This document shows, piece by piece, positions 50,283 through 58,595 of a stretch of 64,000 nt of DNA. Position 1 is the stretch's first letter. Each line of letters starts with the position of its first letter. The notes below the pieces were generated by a model. That model did no database searches and was not told where the DNA came from. It was given only the letters and a program-made list of their open reading frames with translations. The stretch spans positions 3,152-67,151 of the forward strand of contig SHXR01000014.1 in NCBI GenBank assembly GCA_009693235.1. The letters run 5' to 3'. Both the position numbers and the translations under genes were made by a program. Source of the stretch: Betaproteobacteria bacterium. Lineage in GTDB: Bacteria; Pseudomonadota; Gammaproteobacteria; Burkholderiales; SG8-39.

Positions 50283-50309
50283 GTTCGTCATCGCAACGCG
50301 ATGACGAAC
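50283..50309. other. perfect 12-bp inverted repeat (hairpin, 3-nt loop) downstream of the bicupin and upstream of metY
   Basis: gttcgtcatcgc-aac-gcgatgacgaac, verified base by base. No U-tract follows. Confidence 0.6.
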
Positions 50310-50403
50310 AGTTCGCTCGGTAAGAGCTGTGCGGTAAGCAGGGTGCGACGCCACCTCATCTAACCGCTAGAATTGCCCTCCCCGGCCAGCTTGAGAGCCC
50401 TCC

Positions 50404-51699
50404 ATGCCCGATCCCCGCCCGCTTGGTTTCGACACGCTCTCGCTGCACGCCGGGCAGCGCCCTGACCCGACCACCGGTGCGCGGGCGACACCGATTTATT
50501 TCACGACATCCTTTGTCTTCAAAGATGCCGACCATGCCGCGGCGCTGTTCAACATGGAGCGCTCGGGGCATGTCTATTCACGCATCTCGAACCCGACCAA
50601 TGCCGTGTTGGAAGAACGCATCGCGGCACTGGATGGCGGCGTCGGTGCCATTGCGGTAGCGAGTGGTCAGGCTGCGCTCCATTTGGCGATTGTCACCTTG
50701 ATGGGCGCAGGCTCCCATATCGTGGCCAGTCGAGCGCTGTATGGCGGGTCGCACAATCTTCTGGAATATACGTTGCCCCGCTTTGGCATCGAGACCACGT
50801 TCGTGCAAGCGCGCGACTTCGACGCGTGGCGCAAAGCGGTGCGGCCGAACACGAAGTTATTCTTCGGTGAAGCGCTTGGCAACCCCGGACTCGATGTGCT
50901 CGATATTGCGCGCGTGTCGGATCTCGCCCATGCCGAAGGCGTGCCGCTCTTGGTCGACGCAACGTTCACCACCCCTTATTTACTGCGCCCGTTCGACCAC
51001 GGCGCCGATCTGATCTATCACTCGGCCACCAAATTTCTTGGCGGGCATGGCGTTGCCATCGGCGGTCTGGTGGTCGATGGCGGTCGCTTCGATTGGGAAG
51101 CCTCCGGAAAATTCCCCGAACTCACCGAACCCTATGCCGGCTTTCATGGCATGGACTTCCAGGAAGAATCCACCGTCGGTGCGTTCCTCTTGCGGGCGCG
51201 CCGCGAGGGCTTGCGCGATTTCGGCGCCTGCATGAGTCCGGCCACTGCGTTTCAATTGCTACAAGGCGTGGAAACCTTGCCGATCCGTATGGAGCGCCAT
51301 GTCGCCAATACGCGCAAGATCGTAGCGTTTCTATCCACCCAGCCTGCGGTCGAGGCGATCGCTTATCCCGAGTTGCCGTCCCATCCGGACTACGAGTTGG
51401 CCAAGCGCTTGTTGCCACGTGGTTGCGGGGCGGTATTCAGCTTCAATCTCCGCGGCGATCGCGCGGCGGGTCGCCGTTTCATCGAGGCGCTATCGGTGTT
51501 TTCGCATCTTGCCAATGTCGGCGACGCGCGCTCCTTGGTGATTCATCCGGCGAGCACGACGCATTTCCGCATGGATGCGGCCGCGCTGCAAGGCGCCGGC
51601 ATTACCGAGGGCACCATTCGCTTGTCGATTGGACTGGAGGATGCGGACGATCTGATCGACGATTTATCGCGCGGCTTTCGGGCAGCGACAAGAGGTTAA
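50404..51699 (+). CDS. metY: O-acetylhomoserine aminocarboxypropyltransferase (O-acetylhomoserine sulfhydrylase)
   Basis: GFDTLSLHAGQRPDPTTGARATPIYFTTSFVF, YSRISNPT, and the PLP lysine region HSATKFLGGHG. Confidence 0.9.
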   Translation: MPDPRPLGFDTLSLHAGQRPDPTTGARATPIYFTTSFVFKDADHAAALFNMERSGHVYSRISNPTNAVLEERIAALDGGVGAIAVASGQAALHLAIVTLMGAGSHIVASRALYGGSHNLLEYTLPRFGIETTFVQARDFDAWRKAVRPNTKLFFGEALGNPGLDVLDIARVSDLAHAEGVPLLVDATFTTPYLLRPFDHGADLIYHSATKFLGGHGVAIGGLVVDGGRFDWEASGKFPELTEPYAGFHGMDFQEESTVGAFLLRARREGLRDFGACMSPATAFQLLQGVETLPIRMERHVANTRKIVAFLSTQPAVEAIAYPELPSHPDYELAKRLLPRGCGAVFSFNLRGDRAAGRRFIEALSVFSHLANVGDARSLVIHPASTTHFRMDAAALQGAGITEGTIRLSIGLEDADDLIDDLSRGFRAATRG

Positions 51700-51702
51700 T
51701 CG

Positions 51703-52491
51703 ATGGAAGCTCAAGTCCAAAATAAAAGCGCCTATGCCTATACCGGCGGCAAACCGTTCGACGCCAAGCTGCCTACGGTCATGTTCATCCACGGCGGGGA
51801 GTGCGACCACTCGGTGTGGACGCTGCCCGCCCGCTATTTCGCACACCATGGATTTGGCGTACTGGCCGTCGATTTACCGGGGCACGGTCGAACCGATGGC
51901 TCACCGCTTTTTTCGATCGAAGACATGAGCGATTGGATCGTCATGCTTCTCGATGCGATCGGGGTAGCCAAAGCGGCGCTGGTTGGTCATAGCATGGGAT
52001 CGTTGATTGCACTCGACACCGCTGGCCGCCGGCATGATCGCGTCGCGAAGATCGCGCTGCTCGGCACGACTTTTCCAATGCGGGTATCGAGCGAACTGCT
52101 CGGCGCAGCGCAGGAAGACGAGTCGCGCGCACAGAATATGATCAACGCGTGGTCGCATTCCGCCTATGCGTACTATCCCAATAACCCTGGACCCGGCGCC
52201 TGGCTCCACGGCGCCAATCTGCGTTTGATGCAACGACAAAAGCCGGGTGTGCTCTTCGCCGATTTCAACGCCTGCAATGCCTATAACGCCGGCACGGATC
52301 GCGCGAAGGACACCACCTGCCCCGCTCTGTTTATTCTTGGCAAGCGCGATGCGATGACGCCGGTCCGGGGTGGGCGCGAGTTCGCCAAAGCGATCAAGCA
52401 TGCGCAAGTCGTCGAATTAGCGGACGCGGGTCATAACCTCATGGGCGAACGTCCAGACGAAGTGCTGGATAGTCTGCGCGGCTTCCTTTAG
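51703..52491 (+). CDS. alpha/beta hydrolase
   Basis: Oxyanion HGG motif (MFIHGG) and nucleophile elbow GHSMGS. Confidence 0.75.
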   Translation: MEAQVQNKSAYAYTGGKPFDAKLPTVMFIHGGECDHSVWTLPARYFAHHGFGVLAVDLPGHGRTDGSPLFSIEDMSDWIVMLLDAIGVAKAALVGHSMGSLIALDTAGRRHDRVAKIALLGTTFPMRVSSELLGAAQEDESRAQNMINAWSHSAYAYYPNNPGPGAWLHGANLRLMQRQKPGVLFADFNACNAYNAGTDRAKDTTCPALFILGKRDAMTPVRGGREFAKAIKHAQVVELADAGHNLMGERPDEVLDSLRGFL

Positions 52492-53348
52492 TCCCGCAGT
52501 TGCAGCAACACCGGTTGATGGTCCGATGCGTCGGTACGCTCATTGACTGCAACATCGATCACCCGATCACAAAGATCTTCGGTGACGAAAATAAAATCAC
52601 AGCAAAACGGGTCGCCCGGCCACTGACCCTTATCGAAGAGTCCAAGCGTCGGCGCATGCTCCGCATTGGGGTGACGTACTTTCCAGGCATCGCGATACGA
52701 CGGCGCAGCACCGCCAAGCGGGGCCTGCATCGCGCGATAGCACGCCGAGTCCGGCCGAAAATTGAAATCCGCCGTCAAAATGCCGGATGCGGGACGGGGC
52801 TGTTTTTGAAACGGACCGCCCGCCTTTTCACGATTGACCGGATCGGCCCCATGCAGCGCCGCTTCGCGTTGGAGATCGCAGAGCGCGGCAACCTGTGCGG
52901 TGCGCTGTGTCAGTGAATAGTATTCAAGATGCGTCGTCGTCACCCGAAGCGGTCCACTGGCCGTGCCGATGACGATTTCAATCGCGCAACGTTGCATGCT
53001 TGGCACCGTCGGGTCAGCGGGCCAGGGCAACAGATGGCGAAAGATCTGCAGCACCGGGCGGCGCGTCAAGATCAAATTGCCAAACTGCCGGCGACGCCCT
53101 GCCTCGCCAAGCACATCGGTAGCAATCCCTTCGACGGCGGTGAATCCCGGCAGGGCCGCCTCCAGAATGCCAAATTGATCTTCGCCGGTGCTACCCGACA
53201 GGCCGGGATAATTCCGCGCCACCTCTTGCAGACAAAGCACATCGAAATCGGCGATCGCGCGCGCCGTGCGGATGATGCGAAGCGGATCGACCACGCCATC
53301 CACGCCGCAGCACCATTGCACGTTCCAAGTGATGAGATTCAACGGCAT
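52488..53348 (-). CDS. endonuclease/exonuclease/phosphatase (EEP) family protein
   Basis: N-terminus LITWNVQWCCG...DVLCLQEV and C-terminal SDHQPV. Confidence 0.75.
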   Translation of the reverse strand: MPLNLITWNVQWCCGVDGVVDPLRIIRTARAIADFDVLCLQEVARNYPGLSGSTGEDQFGILEAALPGFTAVEGIATDVLGEAGRRRQFGNLILTRRPVLQIFRHLLPWPADPTVPSMQRCAIEIVIGTASGPLRVTTTHLEYYSLTQRTAQVAALCDLQREAALHGADPVNREKAGGPFQKQPRPASGILTADFNFRPDSACYRAMQAPLGGAAPSYRDAWKVRHPNAEHAPTLGLFDKGQWPGDPFCCDFIFVTEDLCDRVIDVAVNERTDASDHQPVLLQLRD

Positions 53349-53515
53349 TGGCCACCACCCTCCCTATTTCTACGCCTATCCGTTTGGTCGCAACCAGGAT
53401 GTCGCAACGGTGATTCTATCCTGCCAGACGCTGCACCCCACCACCATTGACGACGCGAACACCCGATTAAACGAATGCGGGACAATCGCCCATCTTGTTC
53501 GTTCGAGGAGCCATC

Positions 53516-54400
53516 GTGCGCCGCACCACCAAACTACGTCAGTTGCTGCAACAGCCCGGGGCGGTGCTTGCCCCAGGCGTTGCCGATGCGCTCAATGCGC
53601 GCCTGGTTGCCAAGCACGGCTTCGATGCCATTTACATGACCGGCGCCGGCACCACCGCCGTGCGACTTGGCATGCCAGACATCGGTCTTCTCACGATGAG
53701 CGAGATGATCGACAACGCCGGACGCATCGCCGATGCAAGCGGCCTGCCGCTCATTGCCGATGCCGATAACGGTTATGGCGGCGTCATGAATGTGCGGCGC
53801 ACGATACAAGGATACGAACGTGCAGGCGTCGCCGCGGTGCATCTGGAAGACCAGATGATGCCCAAGCGCTGCGGCCATCTGCTGGGTAAGGTCCTCGTCC
53901 CCACCGAGGAAATGTGCGCGAAGATCCGGGCGGCGGTTGATGCGCGGACCGATCCGGACTTCATGATCATCGCGCGCACCGATGCGATTGCCGTCGAGGG
54001 ATTTGATGCGGCGATCGAGCGTGCCGGCCGTTATCGCGAGGCCGGTGCCGACCTCCTGTTCGTCGAAGCACCGAGTGCAGCGGAGCTGCCGCTGATCGCG
54101 CCACGCTTGTCAGCCCCGCTGCTCTACAACATGGCGACCAGCGGCAAGACGCCCTTTCTTTCGAAAACCCAAGTTGAGGGGCTGGGCTTCAAGCTCATCA
54201 TTTATCCAAACTGGGTGATGCTGGCCTCAATTCGCGCGGTGAGTCACGTGCTGCAAACGCTCAAGGAATCCGGCTCGATCGCGAGCCTGGCTGCCGACTT
54301 GCCGTCCTTCCGGGAGTTCTTTGACCTGCTCGGCATGCAAGAAGTGCAGGCGTTGGAAGCCCGCTACGGGGTCGACGACAAGGCGCGCGCGAAGTATTAA
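53516..54400 (+). CDS. isocitrate lyase/PEP mutase family enzyme (2-methylisocitrate lyase / carboxyvinyl-carboxyphosphonate phosphorylmutase-like)
   Basis: A gaggag RBS and GTG at 53516. Motifs YMTGAG, IADADNGYGG, and HLEDQMMPKRCGHL. Confidence 0.8.
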   Translation: MRRTTKLRQLLQQPGAVLAPGVADALNARLVAKHGFDAIYMTGAGTTAVRLGMPDIGLLTMSEMIDNAGRIADASGLPLIADADNGYGGVMNVRRTIQGYERAGVAAVHLEDQMMPKRCGHLLGKVLVPTEEMCAKIRAAVDARTDPDFMIIARTDAIAVEGFDAAIERAGRYREAGADLLFVEAPSAAELPLIAPRLSAPLLYNMATSGKTPFLSKTQVEGLGFKLIIYPNWVMLASIRAVSHVLQTLKESGSIASLAADLPSFREFFDLLGMQEVQALEARYGVDDKARAKY

Positions 54401-54492
54401 GGAATCACTGAACAAGGGGGCTCGCCCCCCTTGTAGATCCCTGAATAGTTGAGCACGCTGATTACGCGGGATAGCTTAATCAGCATTTCCTG
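54398..54492 (-). mobile_element. 95-bp MITE-like element, copy 3 (inverted orientation)
   Basis: This is the reverse complement of the family sequence. The plus-strand end TAAggaatcactg supplies the TAA stop of the gene at 53516..54400. The other end (caggaaatgctg) lies 19 nt past the stop of the minus-strand LLM gene. That flanking dinucleotide is TG rather than TA. Confidence 0.75.
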
Positions 54493-54510
54493 AAGTCGAT
54501 TCTTTATCGA

Positions 54511-55737
54511 TCAGGCATCTTGCTGGTTGTAGCCGGCCACCACCGTTTTGATTTCCTTCAAGCGCGGCAACACATCCCGGCTGAATAAACGAAGGCTCTT
54601 TTCCGTTTCAGCATGGGTCATCGGACCGGACCGCCCGATCATCGCCAGATGATCGAAACCACCGACCGCTTCATAGAACTTCATGATTTGTTGGTACACG
54701 GAATCTGCCGTCCCGGCAAAGAGGATGCCTCGTTGCTTCGCCTGTTCCGGCGTCACGCTCATCAGCGCTGCGGCGTTGGCACCGACCGATGGCACTTGAC
54801 CGGGCTTTCCCGGGCCGGCCGCTCGCGGCTTGGTTCGATAGGTGCCAGGCGCCGCCTCAGGCGGTGCGGTGCCCGGCAGAAACTGCAGGAACTGCGGTGC
54901 ATGCTTGAGACTGGTGTTGAGGAACCAGAGCAGTTTCGCACCGAGGCGCAGGCCTTCTTCTTCCGTGTCGCCCACCGCAACGAAGGCCGCATACGCGAAT
55001 CGATCCGTCATCGATTTCGGCAGCCCGGCCAGGGCACGCGCCTTACGATTGGCTGCAAAGGCAGTGCGGGTACCTTCCGGGCCCCGCAGCACCAGCACGT
55101 TGACAATGCCACGGCGCCCCACTTCGGCGGCGGTGGATGGATCACCGGTGGCCGCCCACATGCGCGGCAATGTCGGTTGGTACGGACGCGGCCAGATGTT
55201 GATATGCCGGTGCGTGTAGTGCTTGCCTTCCCAACTGAACGGCCCGTCCTGATAGGTGAGTGCCTTGCTGATGAGATCGATCGCCTCCCAGAACCGCTCG
55301 CCGTTGTCGATCGGATTCGCATTGTTCGAAGCCATTTCGCTCAGGCCAGACTTGACGAAGCCGATTTCGAGTCGGCCGCGCGAAATCACATCGGCGGTGG
55401 CGTATTCTTCAGCGACGCGCACCACATCCGGTCGCAGCGTGATGAGCGTTCCTAGGCTCAGGATGCGCGCCTTCTTGATCTGCCGCGCCAGAATGCCGAG
55501 GATCATCGGATTGGAACCGATCAAAGAATTGATGCCGGCATGATGCTCGGTGATGGCGACATTCATGCCGAGCTCATCGCACAGCAAATATTCATCCAGG
55601 CATTCTTCGAACAACTGCGCCGATAGCGCCGGATCGCAATATTTGTTCGGCAGGCTCGCACGGACCGAATCAGCGCGGTCGAGCGCCTCCTGCGGAACAT
55701 ACGGATACGGAATTTCACATTGATACCAGACATCCAT
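54511..55737 (-). CDS. LLM-class (luciferase-like) flavin-dependent oxidoreductase
   Basis: 408 aa with a family-level pattern (ITEHHAG..., RLEIGFVKSG). Adjacent to a hydrolase. Confidence 0.75.
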   Translation of the reverse strand: MDVWYQCEIPYPYVPQEALDRADSVRASLPNKYCDPALSAQLFEECLDEYLLCDELGMNVAITEHHAGINSLIGSNPMILGILARQIKKARILSLGTLITLRPDVVRVAEEYATADVISRGRLEIGFVKSGLSEMASNNANPIDNGERFWEAIDLISKALTYQDGPFSWEGKHYTHRHINIWPRPYQPTLPRMWAATGDPSTAAEVGRRGIVNVLVLRGPEGTRTAFAANRKARALAGLPKSMTDRFAYAAFVAVGDTEEEGLRLGAKLLWFLNTSLKHAPQFLQFLPGTAPPEAAPGTYRTKPRAAGPGKPGQVPSVGANAAALMSVTPEQAKQRGILFAGTADSVYQQIMKFYEAVGGFDHLAMIGRSGPMTHAETEKSLRLFSRDVLPRLKEIKTVVAGYNQQDA

Positions 55738-55749
55738 GCTGTTGGCCCC

Positions 55750-56541
55750 TTATGACGCCAGAAATCCGCCGACCCGCTTTACAAACGCGTCGCTCTGTTC
55801 GATCTCCGGATAGTGTCCAGCGTCGGGAATCAACTCGAAGCGCGCACCGGGAATCAGCTTTGCGTAGGTCTCGCCATAGGATGGTTTGACAATGCCATCC
55901 GATGCGCCCCACACCACCATCGTCGGCTGCTTGATCCTGTGCAGCCAGCGCTTCAATTGTGGGTTGTACATATACGGATGCCAGCCGTAGCGGCAAAGCG
56001 CATCCCAATTGCGGGCGCGGACGATCAGTTGCTCGTCTTCCATCGCATCGTAATCAGGCGCCCATCGCTTGGGATCGTGCCAACCGCAGCGGATCACTTC
56101 ATTCGGATGTTTATTGAACACATCGAGAATGTCAGGTGTATCCGGACCGCTGATCTTGATGCCCAGTGCATCGACCAGCACCAAGCGATCGATGCGCTTG
56201 CCGGCTTTGATGGCCAGTTCGGCCGCGAGCCATCCGCCAAACGAAAAGCCCATGAGACTCACCTTCTCATAGGGCAGTGCATCCAGTACGTCGAGATAGA
56301 GGTGGACCAGGTCATAGATAGTGCCGAAATCGACCGGCCGCTTCGAATCGCCAAAGCCCGGATGGGACGGTGCGATGATCTCGGCTTGGCGTCCCAGCCC
56401 GTCGAGGAAGGGCGCGCTCGGATCGACATTCTGAAAACCGTGCAGCAATAGCACCGGGCGCCCTTTGCCGCGGCGAACCACTTCGAGATCGCATCCAGCG
56501 ACAGACAGCCGCTCGGTCGCAGCGGCGATGGCATTGGTCAT
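55750..56541 (-). CDS. alpha/beta hydrolase (meta-cleavage-product hydrolase-like)
   Basis: VLLLHGF oxyanion region, nucleophile elbow GFSFGG, and a C-terminal GH motif (DAGHYPEIE). Confidence 0.8.
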   Translation of the reverse strand: MTNAIAAATERLSVAGCDLEVVRRGKGRPVLLLHGFQNVDPSAPFLDGLGRQAEIIAPSHPGFGDSKRPVDFGTIYDLVHLYLDVLDALPYEKVSLMGFSFGGWLAAELAIKAGKRIDRLVLVDALGIKISGPDTPDILDVFNKHPNEVIRCGWHDPKRWAPDYDAMEDEQLIVRARNWDALCRYGWHPYMYNPQLKRWLHRIKQPTMVVWGASDGIVKPSYGETYAKLIPGARFELIPDAGHYPEIEQSDAFVKRVGGFLAS

Positions 56542-56592
56542 GGTTGTCCCTTGATCCTTACTTACAGTGGCGCGGAATCACGCCGGGTTACC

Positions 56593-56687
56593 TAGGGAAA
56601 CGCTGATTAAGCTATCCCGCGTAATCAGCGTGCTCAAATATTCAGGGAGTTACGAGGGGGTGAACCCTCTTGTTCAGTTATTACCTA
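56593..56687 (+). mobile_element. 95-bp MITE-like element, copy 4
   Basis: TAgggaaacgctgatta...cagttattaccTA. Lies between divergent genes, about 165 nt upstream of the TRAP binding-protein gene. It differs from copy 2 at 6 positions by manual alignment. Confidence 0.8.
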
Positions 56688-56852
56688 GGCTTTTATACCG
56701 AACCGATCGTTTGATGCAACCATAATACGATCTTTATCGCAGCGATCGCTCGGTACGCACAAATGAATTCATTTACTGGCTCATGCCGTTTGGATTAAAG
56801 GCGGATCCCGACCACGGCAATTCGTCGCGGCGTACCAAAGGAGAAGATACGC

Positions 56853-58019
56853 ATGCCCGCCACCTACGCGGCCCGCGCAGCCACCCTTTTCGCGCTTGCC
56901 TTGCTACTTTTGATTAGCGGCGCCCAGGCGCAGGAAAAGCGCCTGATCGAAAAATGGCTGGACGGCGAAGTCAAGTCCAAGGCGCCCGCAGTCACCTACA
57001 GCGGCCCGCCCATTCAGCTCAAATTTTCCACCTTCGTCGCACCCACCACGGTTACCGGACAGCTTTATGTCCGGGCCTTCAAGCGACTGGAAGCCGACAC
57101 CCAAGGCAAGGTCGTCGTGCGGCCCTTCTGGGGCTCGACCCTTGGCAACGCGCAGCGCGGCGCGTTCGAATCGATCGGACAAGGCGTCGCCGACTTCGGC
57201 AATTGCTATGTCTTGTTTAATCCAGGTGGCTTCACGCTCCACTTTGGCCTGCAGTTCCCGTACACCTTCGAGACCTCCACACAGGCCGCGATGACGATCC
57301 ACAAGCTGTATCCAAAATACCTGCGCAAAGCCTACGAGTCGCGCGGTGTCTACATGCTGCGCGCCTCGACCACGCAGCCGCAGCATCTCATCAGCTCGAA
57401 AGATCCAATCCTGAAAATGGATGATCTCAAGGGCAAGAAGATCTGGGCACCCGGTGGCTTGTCGCAGGAAATCGCCACCGCGTTGGGTGCCGTGCCCTCG
57501 ACAGTCCAGGCCTCCGAGCTCTACACGGCATTCCAAAGCGGCGTGCTCGATTATCCGGTCATGCATGATGCCGGGACCAAACTCTTTCGGCTGATGGAAA
57601 TCGCGAAGCACCGAAGCGTCGCGAACTTGTGGATCAACCCCACCGAGTTCTGCATGAATAAGACCATGTGGGACAAGCTGCCCAAAGACGTGCGAGCCCA
57701 CATCTATCACTGGAGCGCGCTGTGGAACCTAACGGAGACGGTCCTCTATTTCGACGATGAGTCGGTCACCGCGGTGAAGGAAATGACCGCCAAGGGCATC
57801 AAATCGCATGAACTGCCGGCCGCCGAAATGCAGCGCATGATCAAAGCCTCGGAGCCTGTCACCCAGAAATGGATCGACGGTATGGCCGCCAAGGGCGAAC
57901 TGGCCAGGCAATTCGTCGATGAGATGCGCATCGCTGCCGCCAAATGGAAAGGTATGACCTTCGATCAGATTACCCAGCGCATCCTCGATGCACCGCTCCC
58001 CGGCATCGCCGACTACTAG
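56853..58019 (+). CDS. TRAP transporter substrate-binding protein (DctP type)
   Basis: A signal peptide, followed directly by DctQ- and DctM-like genes. Family-level similarity. Confidence 0.75.
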   Translation: MPATYAARAATLFALALLLLISGAQAQEKRLIEKWLDGEVKSKAPAVTYSGPPIQLKFSTFVAPTTVTGQLYVRAFKRLEADTQGKVVVRPFWGSTLGNAQRGAFESIGQGVADFGNCYVLFNPGGFTLHFGLQFPYTFETSTQAAMTIHKLYPKYLRKAYESRGVYMLRASTTQPQHLISSKDPILKMDDLKGKKIWAPGGLSQEIATALGAVPSTVQASELYTAFQSGVLDYPVMHDAGTKLFRLMEIAKHRSVANLWINPTEFCMNKTMWDKLPKDVRAHIYHWSALWNLTETVLYFDDESVTAVKEMTAKGIKSHELPAAEMQRMIKASEPVTQKWIDGMAAKGELARQFVDEMRIAAAKWKGMTFDQITQRILDAPLPGIADY

Positions 58020-58090
58020 CCGAAGGAGGAAGCATGTGATCGTGGCATCGGCACAACATCATCTCCAAACAAGCCCACCAGGATCACGCG

Positions 58091-58591
58091 ATGAAGAGCA
58101 GGAATGACGCCGGATTCACATTAGGCATTCGCCGCCTTTACAGCATCTCGGCGGTGATCCTCATTCCGGCCATGACTGTGCTGATCACCGCCGATACGCT
58201 CCTTCGCTATCTTGCATCGATGCCGCTGGTCTGGGCACAGGATGTGTCCGGACTGCTCTTGTTGCTGGTCTTTGCCTGTGCCCTGCCGTATTCATGGCCG
58301 GGCGGCTTTCACGTCCGCATGGACATGGTGTACATGAAGATGCCCGCGTTCTGGCGCGATGTCGTCGATGCGATCACGGAATTGGCGGCACTCGTTATCG
58401 GCGCGATCCTCGCCCAACAGACCGTGCTCCAGACCATGCATGCGTTCGCCAACTCGGAAACGACGCCCGCGACCAAGGTGGTCATCTGGCCGTTTTCCGG
58501 TGCGATCGCGCTGTGCGCTGCACTCTTCTGCGTGGTGATGATGTTGAAGATCGCGGGCACCGTCCGCCGGCACTTGCGCGCAGAAAGCTAG
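58091..58591 (+). CDS. TRAP transporter small permease (DctQ type)
   Basis: 166 aa with four predicted TM segments. Sits between the SBP and the large permease. Confidence 0.75.
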   Translation: MKSRNDAGFTLGIRRLYSISAVILIPAMTVLITADTLLRYLASMPLVWAQDVSGLLLLLVFACALPYSWPGGFHVRMDMVYMKMPAFWRDVVDAITELAALVIGAILAQQTVLQTMHAFANSETTPATKVVIWPFSGAIALCAALFCVVMMLKIAGTVRRHLRAES

Positions 58592-58595
58592 CCGA

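Noticed and set aside
50260-50403. A SAM-type riboswitch in the metY leader.
   Set aside because: I cannot identify the conserved core of any SAM riboswitch class by eye. Only the palindrome and hairpin described above are supportable. A covariance-model scan (Rfam/Infernal) would be needed.
44541-56687. Whether the repeated 95-mers could be a CRISPR array or tRNA-derived repeats.
   Set aside because: The copies are 2-6 kb apart, separated by normal genes, and one is inverted. There is no cloverleaf and no cas genes.
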